DNA of 64,000 nucleotides. It comes from Dehalococcoidia bacterium (GTDB lineage: Bacteria > Chloroflexota > Dehalococcoidia > UBA2979). The notes below the pieces were generated by a model. It saw only the letters and a program-made list of their open reading frames with translations. It was not told the origin of the DNA and made no database searches. Positions 39,050 through 47,698 of the stretch are shown one piece after another (within the stretch, counting starts at the first letter, position 1; each line of letters starts with the position of its first letter). Location: positions 1,440,001 to 1,504,000 of the forward strand of contig OZ244720.1 of the NCBI GenBank assembly GCA_965219085.1, written 5' to 3'. A program made the position numbers and the translations under genes.

Positions 39050-39093
39050 GCCCGTCCGCGCTGCCTCGGCGCACTGACGTACCCTGTAGGCCC

Positions 39094-39435
39094 ATGGTGA
39101 AGCGCCGCGAATACGTCACGCCCGACGAAACCGTCGTCGCCACGATGGTGGATCGCATCGTCGACCGCTTCGACCCGCAGCGCATCGTGCTGTTCGGCTC
39201 GCTCGCGAGGGGCGAGGTGACCGCGCACAGCGACGTGGACCTGTTGGTGGTGATGCCGGACGGCACGGACCGGCACGAGGCAGCGGTCGAGATGCATGTC
39301 GCCCTCGGCGGCATGGGGACGGCCAAGGACATCGTCGTCACGACGCCGGACGAGATCGCGCGTCGCGGCCACATCATCGGAACCGTGCTGCGCGCGGCGC
39401 TGCGCGAGGGCAAGGTCGTGCATGACTGCCCCTGA
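39094..39435 (+). CDS. Minimal nucleotidyltransferase (MNT)
   Basis: LFGSLARG..SDVDLLVV..DIVV. Confidence 0.88.
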   Translation: MVKRREYVTPDETVVATMVDRIVDRFDPQRIVLFGSLARGEVTAHSDVDLLVVMPDGTDRHEAAVEMHVALGGMGTAKDIVVTTPDEIARRGHIIGTVLRAALREGKVVHDCP

Positions 39436-39549
39436 GTCACGGTGCAGACAGGCTGAATCGTGGGTCAATCGATAACTGACGGTGCTGGTAAGGGTGACCT
39501 TCGGCTCGTCGCAACAGGCCCGAGCAAGTGTGGGCCACCCCGGCAGTCA
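39422..39549 (+). pseudogene. Possible decayed HEPN partner of the MNT
   Basis: Overlapping ATG gives MTAPESRCRQAESWVNR-stop, then in-frame TFGSSQQA, weakly resembling the HEPN CFHAQQA motif. Confidence 0.3.
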
Positions 39550-39767
39550 AAACATATTTCGGATTGCTTCACCTCCGCTAGTCTCTGCGCTCGTCCTCAG
39601 TCTACGTGATCGGCCGCAATGGTTCGTTCCCGAGATGAACGGGCCTGTCCCGGCTGTCTGCAGCATGCATACCCAGCCTCGGGGCGAGCCCTTCCCACCC
39701 ACCGCTGGTACCATCGCGACTCTCCCCGTACGCGGGCCCTCGAGCCCGGTGAGGCAGTGACGGCGCG

Positions 39768-40835
39768 ATGACCGCGCGGGCACAGCGACCCTTGCGTTAC
39801 GCCGACGCCGGTGTCGACGTCGCGGCCGCCGACGCCACCGTCGAGCGCTTCCGCGAGGCCGCCGAGGTCGCCACGCGCCCCGAGGTACTCGGTGGCGTCG
39901 GGCCCTTCGCCGGGCTGTTCCAGCTCGATACGGCGCGCTACCGCGACCCGGTGCTCGTCTCCAGCGCCGACGGCGTCGGGACGAAGCTGCTCGTTGCAGC
40001 GGCGCTCGGGCGCTACGGCGACATCGGCCAGGACCTCGTCAACCACTGCGTCAACGACGTGCTCACGGCGGGCGCCGAGCCGCTGTTCTTCCTCGACTAC
40101 CTCGCCACCGCCGGCCTGTCGCAGGATCGGCGTGTCGAGGTCGTCACGGGCATCGCCGAGGCGTGCGCGGCGAACGGCGTCGCACTTGTCGGCGGCGAGA
40201 CCGCCGACATGCCCGACCTCTACCGCCCCGGCGACTACGACCTCGCCGGCTTCATGGTCGGTGTCGTTGAGCGCGACGCGATCGTCGACGGCTCGCGCAT
40301 CGAGGCGGGCGACGCGCTGATCGCGCTGCCCTCGACGGGCCTGCAGACCAACGGCTACTCGCTGGTGCGCGAGATCTTCGGCGTCGCGAAGGGCGACGAG
40401 GGTGGCGAGGACGACCGCGACCGCCTCGACGCGTACGTCGAGGAGCTGGACGCGACGTTGGGCGATGCGCTGCTCGCCGTGCACGGCTCGTTCCTCGACG
40501 CCGTACGGCCGCTGCTGCCGATGGTGCACGGCATGGCGCACATCACGGGCGGCGGACTGCCGGGCAACCTGCCGCGCGTGTTGCGCGAAGGCCTGGCGGC
40601 GCGCGTCGACGTCGAGAGCTGGGAGCCGCCGCCGCTGTTCGGCTACATCCAGCGCATGGGGGGCATCGAGGACGGCGAGATGTTCCGCACGTTCAATATG
40701 GGCGCCGGCATGGTGCTGGCGGTGGCGCCCGGCGACGCCGACGCGGTACTGGCCCGGACGCCGGGCAGCTGGCTGCTCGGCGAGGTGATGGCGTCCGGGG
40801 CCGGCGAGGCGGCCGTGGTCGGGCTGCCGGAGTAG
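39768..40835 (+). CDS. purM: AIR synthase
   Basis: YADAGVD, DGVGTK, GGETA, HITGGG, TFNMG. Confidence 0.96.
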   Translation: MTARAQRPLRYADAGVDVAAADATVERFREAAEVATRPEVLGGVGPFAGLFQLDTARYRDPVLVSSADGVGTKLLVAAALGRYGDIGQDLVNHCVNDVLTAGAEPLFFLDYLATAGLSQDRRVEVVTGIAEACAANGVALVGGETADMPDLYRPGDYDLAGFMVGVVERDAIVDGSRIEAGDALIALPSTGLQTNGYSLVREIFGVAKGDEGGEDDRDRLDAYVEELDATLGDALLAVHGSFLDAVRPLLPMVHGMAHITGGGLPGNLPRVLREGLAARVDVESWEPPPLFGYIQRMGGIEDGEMFRTFNMGAGMVLAVAPGDADAVLARTPGSWLLGEVMASGAGEAAVVGLPE

Positions 40836-40857
40836 CCAGCAGGATGGAGGGCGTCGC

Positions 40858-42417
40858 GTGCGCGCGATTCTGAGTGTCTACGACAAGACCGGCGTGGCCG
40901 AGTTCGCGCGCGGCCTGCACGATCTCGGCTGGGAGCTGTTCTCGACCGGCAACACCCAGCGTGTCATCGCCGAGGCCGGCGTACCCGTCGGCAGCGTCGC
41001 CGACATGACCGGCAGCCCCGAGATCCTCGACGGCCGCGTGAAGACGCTGCACCCGCGGGTCCACGGCGGGCTGCTCGCGCGCCGCGACCGCGACTCCGAC
41101 GCCGCCGAGCTGGCCGAGCACGGCATCGAGCCGATCGACCTCGTGGCGGGGAACCTCTACCCATTCGTGCAGACCGTGACCGGCGGCCCCGTCACGCTCG
41201 CCGAGGCGCTCGAGGAGATCGACATCGGCGGGCCGACGATGATCCGCGCCGCCGCCAAGAACCACCCATGGGTCGTGCCGATCGTCGATCCCGCGGACTA
41301 CGACGATGTTCTCGACGCGCTGCGCGCCGGCGGCGTCGATGCGGGGCGGCGGCGCGAGCTGGCCGCGAAGGCGTTCGCGCACGTCGCGCACTACGACACG
41401 GCGATCGCCGAGTACCTGCGTGGTGAGGACGACCTGCTGCCGGAGCAGCTCACCATCGGCATGACGCGGGTGGCCGAGCTGCGCTACGGCGAGAACCCGC
41501 ACCAGCGAGGCGCCTTCTACACGCTCGACTCGGTACGCGCGCCGGTCGAGGGCATCGGGGCCTTCGAGCAGCACCACGGCAAGGCGCTGTCCTACGTGAA
41601 CCTGCTCGACGCCGACGCGGCGTACAACCTCGTCGCGGAGAGCGAGCAGCCCGCCATCGCGATCATCAAGCACACCAACCCGTGCTGCTTCGCGGCCGGC
41701 GACGAGGGTGTCGCGGCTCTGTACGAGCGCGCGCTGCAAGTGGGCGACTCTATCTCGGCGTACGGGGGCATCGTCGCCACCAACCGGCCGATCGACTTCG
41801 CGTTCGCGACGGCGCTGCGCGACGTGCTGAGCCCGGTCACGGGCGGGCGCATGTTCTTCGAGATCGTCGTCGCGCCGGGGTTCGAGGAGGACGGGCTGGA
41901 TCACCTCAAGAAGAAGTCGCGTGACCTGCGCATCCTCACCGTCGACGCGGGGGACCCGCGGCGACCCCGCGTGGAGCTGCGCTCGACGCGCGGCGGCGTG
42001 CTGGTGCAGGAGTCCGACCTGTCCGAGGAGACCACGTTCGAGGTGGTCAGCGACCGAGAGCCGAGTGCGGCGGAGCTCGACGACCTGCGGACGGCGTGGC
42101 TGCTCTGCAAGCACGTGAAGTCCAACGCCATCACGCTCGTGCGCGACGGGGTGCTCGTCGGGGTGGGCGCGGGGCAGCCGAACCGCGTCGAGAGCGCCCG
42201 GCTGGCCGTGGGCAGCGCGGGCGAGGCGGCGAGCGGCGCAGCGCTGGCCTCGGACGCCTTCTTCCCGTTCCCCGACTCGCTCGAGGTGGCCGCGGCGGCC
42301 GGTGTGACGGCGGCCGTGCACCCCGGCGGCTCGATCCGCGACGAGGAGTCGGTGGAGACCGCGAACCGCCTGGGGATGGCGCTGCTCACCACTGGTGCGC
42401 GCCATTTCCGCCACTAG
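40858..42417 (+). CDS. purH: Bifunctional AICAR transformylase/IMP cyclohydrolase
   Basis: SVYDKTG, GRVKTLHP, IDIGGP, YGENPHQ, KSNAI, SDAFFPF, RHFRH. Confidence 0.96.
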   Translation: MRAILSVYDKTGVAEFARGLHDLGWELFSTGNTQRVIAEAGVPVGSVADMTGSPEILDGRVKTLHPRVHGGLLARRDRDSDAAELAEHGIEPIDLVAGNLYPFVQTVTGGPVTLAEALEEIDIGGPTMIRAAAKNHPWVVPIVDPADYDDVLDALRAGGVDAGRRRELAAKAFAHVAHYDTAIAEYLRGEDDLLPEQLTIGMTRVAELRYGENPHQRGAFYTLDSVRAPVEGIGAFEQHHGKALSYVNLLDADAAYNLVAESEQPAIAIIKHTNPCCFAAGDEGVAALYERALQVGDSISAYGGIVATNRPIDFAFATALRDVLSPVTGGRMFFEIVVAPGFEEDGLDHLKKKSRDLRILTVDAGDPRRPRVELRSTRGGVLVQESDLSEETTFEVVSDREPSAAELDDLRTAWLLCKHVKSNAITLVRDGVLVGVGAGQPNRVESARLAVGSAGEAASGAALASDAFFPFPDSLEVAAAAGVTAAVHPGGSIRDEESVETANRLGMALLTTGARHFRH

Positions 42418-42437
42418 CGGCGGGCAGGGGCGCCTCG

Positions 42438-43181
42438 ATGGCCACGGTCGACCTCGTCCTCCCCGTCTACAACGAGGAGGCGATCCTCGAACGCAGCACG
42501 GCGACCGTGCTGGCGTGGACCGAGGCGCACCCCGAGCACGAGTGGCGCATCGTCATCGCCGACAACGCCTCGGTCGACGGCACGCGCGCGATCGCCGAGG
42601 AGCTGGAGGCGCGCCACCCCGGGCGCGTGGCGCTGCTGCACATTCCGGTGAAGGGCCGCGGGATCGCGCTGCGGATCGCCTTCCTGACCTCGCACGCCGA
42701 CGTGTCGGCGTACATGGACGTCGACCTCTCGACCGACATCAAGCACATCCCGGAGCTCGTCGACCCGATCGCGGCGGGCGAGGCGGACATCGCGTACGGG
42801 ACGCGGCTGCACCGCGACTCGGAGACGGCGCGCGGGTTCAAGCGCGAGGCGATCTCGCGGGTGTACGTGCAGATGCTGCGACGGCTGGCGGGACTACGCG
42901 TCACCGACGCGCAGTGCGGCTTCAAGGCGATCAGCCGGGAGGCCGCGCGCGAGCTTGTGCCGCTCGTGGAGGACACGCAGTGGTTCTTTGACTCGGAGCT
43001 GCTGCTGATCGCGCAGGAGAATGGTTACCGGCTACGAGAGGTGCCCGTCCGCTGGATCGAGGATCGGGATAGCCGGGTGGCGATCGTGCGCACCGCGATG
43101 GAGGACCTGCACGGCATCTGGCGGCTACGCCGCGGGGGCGTACCGCGGGTGATGCGCCATCCAGACGCGGACCCTCGCTGA
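42438..43181 (+). CDS. GT2 polyprenol-phosphate glycosyltransferase-like protein
   Basis: LPVYNEE, DNASVD, YMDVD, DAQCGFKA, WFFDSE. Confidence 0.88.
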   Translation: MATVDLVLPVYNEEAILERSTATVLAWTEAHPEHEWRIVIADNASVDGTRAIAEELEARHPGRVALLHIPVKGRGIALRIAFLTSHADVSAYMDVDLSTDIKHIPELVDPIAAGEADIAYGTRLHRDSETARGFKREAISRVYVQMLRRLAGLRVTDAQCGFKAISREAARELVPLVEDTQWFFDSELLLIAQENGYRLREVPVRWIEDRDSRVAIVRTAMEDLHGIWRLRRGGVPRVMRHPDADPR

Positions 43182-43252
43182 TGCCGAACAGCGATTGTGA
43201 TGGCGGGGCGGCCCGGGAGGCCGGTGGGGGCTGGACAACGCCCGGAGTTTCC

Positions 43253-43282
43253 TTGACCTTAGCTCGGGGCCGTCGCTAGGAT
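43253..43282 (+). promoter_or_regulatory. Sigma70 promoter of the Rieske/cytochrome b operon
   Basis: TTGACC-N18-TAGGAT. Confidence 0.6.
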
Positions 43283-43384
43283 CGCCGCGGTCTGAACGCC
43301 GCCTGTGCGTCCCGGCCCATGGTCACGCTCGGACGGTCGTCATACCGGAGGCCGCCGGGCGCGAGGCGAACATTGAGGTGCCAG

Positions 43385-43492
43385 ATGATCTTCGGTGAAG
43401 TCGGCGAGGCGATGGAGCTGAGCATCATCTTTGTCCTCATGGCGGCGGCGTTGGCCGCTATCGTGGTTCTCGGGAAGTGGTGGGAGGCGTAG
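43385..43492 (+). CDS. 35-aa single-TM small protein (not in the ORF track)
   Basis: GAGGTG RBS; MIFGEVGEAMELSIIFVLMAAALAAIVVLGKWWEA. Confidence 0.55.
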   Translation: MIFGEVGEAMELSIIFVLMAAALAAIVVLGKWWEA

Positions 43493-43574
43493 CGCGCCGA
43501 TCGCGCTCGCACGTTGGAGGCGTTTGCCGCGCGCCTGATCGCGGCAGCTAGAGGACCAAACCGAAAGGGGCGGG

Positions 43575-44330
43575 ATGGCAACCACCGAACGTCCCCAGGG
43601 ACAGGCGATCGTTGATCGCGCCTACGAGTTCCTCGTCAACAACCGGGTGTGGAAGTCCATCTTCCGCATCGGGTACCCGAACACGCCGCGCAACCAGATG
43701 CTCGCGGTGGCCACCAACGTCTTCCTGCACCTCCACCCTACCCGCGTGCACCGCACGCACGTCAAGATCACCCACACCTACTGCCTCGGCGGGCTGTCGT
43801 TCTTCCTGTTCCTGGGGCTGACCATCACAGGCGTGCTGCTGATGTTCTACTACGTGCCCTCCGTCGAACGCGCATACGCGGACATGCAGGCGCTGCAGAC
43901 GGACGTGCGCTTCGGGATGATGCTGCGCAACACGCATCGATGGATGGCGCACGGCATGGTCATCACCGTGATGCTGCACATGATGCGCGTCTTCTACACC
44001 GGCGCGTACAAGCCGCCGCGCGAGTTCAACTGGGTCGTCGGCGTGATCCTGCTCGTGCTGACGCTGCTGCTCTCGTTCACCGGCTACCTGCTGCCGTGGG
44101 ACGAACTCGCCTTCTGGGCCATCACCGTCGGCACCAACATGATCGGGTCCGACCCCATCCTCGGCGACCTCAACCAGTTCGTGATGATCGGCGGCTTCGA
44201 GGTGGGACAGAACGCCCTGATCCGCTTCTACACGCTGCACGTTATCGCGTTGCCGCTGGCAGCCGCGATCTTCATGGCCGTGCACTTCTGGCGAATCCGC
44301 CGTGACGGCGGCCTCGCGCGGCCGCTGTAG
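43575..44330 (+). CDS. Cytochrome b6-type N-terminal subunit
   Basis: YCLGG, four heme His ([20 protein letters not shown]), GYLLPW, ends RPL. Confidence 0.93.
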   Translation: MATTERPQGQAIVDRAYEFLVNNRVWKSIFRIGYPNTPRNQMLAVATNVFLHLHPTRVHRTHVKITHTYCLGGLSFFLFLGLTITGVLLMFYYVPSVERAYADMQALQTDVRFGMMLRNTHRWMAHGMVITVMLHMMRVFYTGAYKPPREFNWVVGVILLVLTLLLSFTGYLLPWDELAFWAITVGTNMIGSDPILGDLNQFVMIGGFEVGQNALIRFYTLHVIALPLAAAIFMAVHFWRIRRDGGLARPL

Positions 44331-44342
44331 GGGAGGACGGCG

Positions 44343-45278
44343 ATGGTAGCCGAAGCACCTGCTCCCGCCTCTGCGCGCCAACGCGGCGCGATGCCGAGCG
44401 TGCGGCCTCGCCGCCAGCGCGAAGAAGAGCTGCTCGTCTGGCCGGACCTGGTCTTCGTCGAGTTCATCGCGTCGCTGATCTTCACGCTCACGTTCGTGGC
44501 GCTGGCGATCCTCATTAACGCGCCGCTGCAGGACCGCGCAAACCCGGCGAACACGCCGAACCCGTCGAAGGCGCCGTGGTACTTCCTGAACCTGCAGGAG
44601 CTGCTGATCCACATGCACCCGGCGCTCGCCGGCGTGATTGTGCCGACGGTCTTCCTGGTGCTGCTCGCCGCCGTGCCCTACTTCGACACCTCGCAAGAGG
44701 AGCAGGGCCGCTGGCTCGCGACGCCGCGCGCGTGGCCGAACATGCTCATCGGCTTGGCCGTGGGGTTCGTCGGGACGTGGTCGCTGATCGTCTACGACTC
44801 GGGCAAGCACATCGTGCTGTACGAGCGATTCTCCGTGCAGGGCAGCGCGTTCAGCGTATGGCCGCCGTTCATGGCGGAGGAGAACGTGCGGACGTGGCCG
44901 GAGGCGCTGGCCTGGCTGAGAAGCGTGCGCGCCCTCCAGACCGATATTAACTGGAACAACGACCTCACGGGTGTCCCGCTCGGTGAGACGTTCATCCGCA
45001 CCGACTTGCTGGGGCTGCCACGAGGCAGCATCCGATGGAACATCCCGGCGTGGATCGTCGAGCAGGCCATCCCGCTCGGCTTCATGATCGGGCTGCCGAT
45101 TCTGCTCTCACTGGTCGCGTGGCGGACCGGGCTGGCGAGGACGCGGCGCGATCACATGATCCTGATCTTCTCGGGATGGTTCGCGTCGTGGCTGGTGCTG
45201 ACCGTTGCCGGCACGTACTTCCGGGGCGCCGGGCTGGAGTTGCTCTGGCCGTGGGATGTGTTCCCGGCAGAATCGTAG
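44343..45278 (+). CDS. Cytochrome b C-terminal/subunit IV-like protein with extra TM region
   Basis: WPDL, ANPANTP, KAPWYF, GTYFRG. Confidence 0.85.
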   Translation: MVAEAPAPASARQRGAMPSVRPRRQREEELLVWPDLVFVEFIASLIFTLTFVALAILINAPLQDRANPANTPNPSKAPWYFLNLQELLIHMHPALAGVIVPTVFLVLLAAVPYFDTSQEEQGRWLATPRAWPNMLIGLAVGFVGTWSLIVYDSGKHIVLYERFSVQGSAFSVWPPFMAEENVRTWPEALAWLRSVRALQTDINWNNDLTGVPLGETFIRTDLLGLPRGSIRWNIPAWIVEQAIPLGFMIGLPILLSLVAWRTGLARTRRDHMILIFSGWFASWLVLTVAGTYFRGAGLELLWPWDVFPAES

Positions 45279-45334
45279 AGAGTCAAGCGATCGCCGTGCG
45301 GTGGGATGACTCACCGCGCGCGAGGAGCGTCTGA

Positions 45335-45997
45335 GTGACGAGCGAGACAGAGACCGCCGAGCAGGTAACCGATGCCTGGCGTGAGGCTATCGCCGCACGT
45401 CGCATCCAGGTGGCCGAAGGGCAGGCGCTCCCAGGCGCCCAGGTCAGCCGCCCGGCGCGAGACGAGATCACGCGCCGCAACTTCGTCCGCCTGGCCTTCT
45501 GGTCCGGCCTCGGGCTGACGCTGCTCGGCAGCGTCGCCGCGACGCTGGACTTCCTCTACCCGCGCGGCATCAAGGGCTTCGGTGGTCCCGTCCCGGCGGG
45601 CAAGGCGTCCGAGTTCCCCCGCGGCGGGAACCCGCAACACAACATCATCGGGCAGTTCTGGCTCGTCAATCTCGACCCCGCGGAGTCGCGGCCCGGCGGG
45701 AGTGGCGGCGGCGAAGGGCTGCTCGCGCTCTGGCACCGCTGCCCGCACCTCGGCTGCACGGTTCCCTGGCGGTCGGGCTTCTCGTACGGGGGTGACCAGG
45801 GCTGGTTCCGCTGCCCGTGCCACGGCTCCACGTACACCAAGTCGGGCATCCGCGTGTTCGGCCCCGCGCCGCGCTCGATGACCACGATGAAGGTGGACAT
45901 CGACGACAGTGGCAATATCACCGTGCAGACGGGCGACCGCCTGGCGGGCAGTCCGACCAACCCCGAACGCGCGGTCCCGCACCCGACGCTGACGTAG
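45335..45997 (+). CDS. Rieske iron-sulfur protein
   Basis: Tat motif TRRNFV; CPHLGC and CPCHGS; GPAPR. Confidence 0.95.
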   Translation: MTSETETAEQVTDAWREAIAARRIQVAEGQALPGAQVSRPARDEITRRNFVRLAFWSGLGLTLLGSVAATLDFLYPRGIKGFGGPVPAGKASEFPRGGNPQHNIIGQFWLVNLDPAESRPGGSGGGEGLLALWHRCPHLGCTVPWRSGFSYGGDQGWFRCPCHGSTYTKSGIRVFGPAPRSMTTMKVDIDDSGNITVQTGDRLAGSPTNPERAVPHPTLT

Positions 45998-46035
45998 ACC
46001 GGCGCGACTCAGGGCATCGCTGAGCCGGAGGTGAG

Positions 46036-47226
46036 ATGAACACCAGCAAGCAGGTCAACGTGATGATCGGGCTGCTGTTCGTCACCTTCGTCGTGATCGT
46101 CGGCTACTTGTTCAACGAGTCCACCCGCCTGGTGGTGGAGACCGAAGAGATCACGCACCGCAACGCCGAGCGTGGCGCGCGGCTCTTCGTCGCGAACTGT
46201 CGCACCTGTCACGACCTCGAAGGCACCGGCGGCATCGGCGCGGCCATCAACAACAAGGCGTTCTGGATCTTCGAGGAAGACAACGCCCACGGCCTGCCCG
46301 CCACGCCCGAGGGCGAGGCGGCAGCCATCCGCAAGTACATCCGCGAGACCATCGAGTGCGGCCGGCCCGGCACGTACATGCAGACGTGGTCGCAGCGCTT
46401 CGGCGGTCCGCTCTCAGACACGCAGGTCAACCACCTCGTGACACTGCTGACCAACGACCCGACCGGCAAGTCGGACTTCTGGCACCTTGTCGTCGAGGAG
46501 GGCGAACACGCCGACGAGGAGCAGTTCGCGGCGGTGCTCGAGAAGGAACTCGCACTCGTGGCGGCCCTGACGGAGCAGCTCGGACGAGAGCCCACCGAAG
46601 AGGAGCTCGCCGCCTACACGGAAGAACTGACCGCCAGCGAGCAGATCGGGAGCGTCGTGGAGCGCTACGGCCGCCACCCGACGACGGAGGAGATCCGCGC
46701 GCGCAGCCAGGAGATAACGGTCGTCCTCGACCCGACCGCGCTGACGGTCAACACCGAGTCGTGCGGTAACTGGCATCCGGACACGAAGGCTGAGTTCCGC
46801 GCCCGCGACCCGTTCGCCACGGAGGCCACGGTCGCGACTACCGAAGACGATGACGATGCGCCCGAGCCGACGCCGACGGTTGAGATTGCCGACGTCGACG
46901 CGACCGTGGTCGTCGAGATGACGGAATGGGACATGATCGTCGACCAGCCGCTGCCGGCCGGCGTCGTCGGTTTCCAGGTCCAGAACGTCGGCGCCGTGGC
47001 GCACGAGTTCAAGGTCATCCGCAGCGACGTCGCTGCCGACGGCCTCACGCTCGAGGGCGGCAAGGCCAACGAAGGCGGCCTCGAGATCCTCGCGGCAATT
47101 ACCGAGTTCCAGGGCGGCGCGACGCAGACGACAGCACTTGAGCTGACGCCCGGCCAGTACTTGCTGTTCTGCAACATCCCCGCGCATTACCAGCTCGGTA
47201 TGGCCGTCTCGGTCACGGTGGAGTAG
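46036..47226 (+). CDS. Membrane-anchored cytochrome c-cupredoxin fusion
   Basis: N-terminal TM; CRTCH with distal Met in TYMQTW; C-terminal HEF..CNIPAHYQLGM type 1 Cu site. Confidence 0.85.
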   Translation: MNTSKQVNVMIGLLFVTFVVIVGYLFNESTRLVVETEEITHRNAERGARLFVANCRTCHDLEGTGGIGAAINNKAFWIFEEDNAHGLPATPEGEAAAIRKYIRETIECGRPGTYMQTWSQRFGGPLSDTQVNHLVTLLTNDPTGKSDFWHLVVEEGEHADEEQFAAVLEKELALVAALTEQLGREPTEEELAAYTEELTASEQIGSVVERYGRHPTTEEIRARSQEITVVLDPTALTVNTESCGNWHPDTKAEFRARDPFATEATVATTEDDDDAPEPTPTVEIADVDATVVVEMTEWDMIVDQPLPAGVVGFQVQNVGAVAHEFKVIRSDVAADGLTLEGGKANEGGLEILAAITEFQGGATQTTALELTPGQYLLFCNIPAHYQLGMAVSVTVE

Positions 47227-47332
47227 CGACGAGGAAACACACACGACGGGGACGCGACCGGACACCGGGAGCCCTCGCAACGCAGGCAACATAGAGGCGA
47301 CCGCGGGAGCGGCGCCGGCGGAGGGGAATCAC

Positions 47333-47449
47333 ATGGCAGTTGAGACCGGCAAGCGCTACCGCTGCAACACCTGCGGCGCCGAGTTCATCGTGACCCGCGG
47401 TGGCGACGGCGCGCTCAAGTGCGGCGACGACGAGCTCGAGCAGATCTAG
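47333..47449 (+). CDS. 38-aa desulforedoxin-like small metal-binding protein (not in the ORF track)
   Basis: GGAGGGG RBS; MAVETGKRYRCNTCGAEFIVTRGGDGALKCGDDELEQI. Confidence 0.7.
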   Translation: MAVETGKRYRCNTCGAEFIVTRGGDGALKCGDDELEQI

Positions 47450-47460
47450 GGGGCGCGAAG

Positions 47461-47604
47461 ATGACCGTAGCACTGGGCAAGCGATACCGCGACGATTCGT
47501 CCGAGGTCGAGGTGCTCTGCATCAAGCCAGGCGAGTGCAGCCTGAACGTCGACGGCCGCGGCATGGAAGAGCTGCAGCCGAAGGTCCTGCCTTCCGCCGA
47601 CTAG
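47461..47604 (+). CDS. 47-aa paralogue of the preceding small protein
   Basis: MTVALGKRYRDDSSEVEVLCIKPGECSLNVDGRGMEELQPKVLPSAD. Confidence 0.7.
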   Translation: MTVALGKRYRDDSSEVEVLCIKPGECSLNVDGRGMEELQPKVLPSAD

Positions 47605-47698
47605 TCCTGCCTTCGGCAGACGCTCACGAGCGCGCGGCCTCATTGTCGCGCGCTTGTTTCGTGTCCGCGGCGCGAGCCCACTCGCTGCGGTTCGCTCG

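Noticed and set aside
39550-39760. Possible gene or ncRNA in the lower-GC gap before purM
   Set aside because: No recognisable protein motif, RBS or RNA structure; probably a decayed insert
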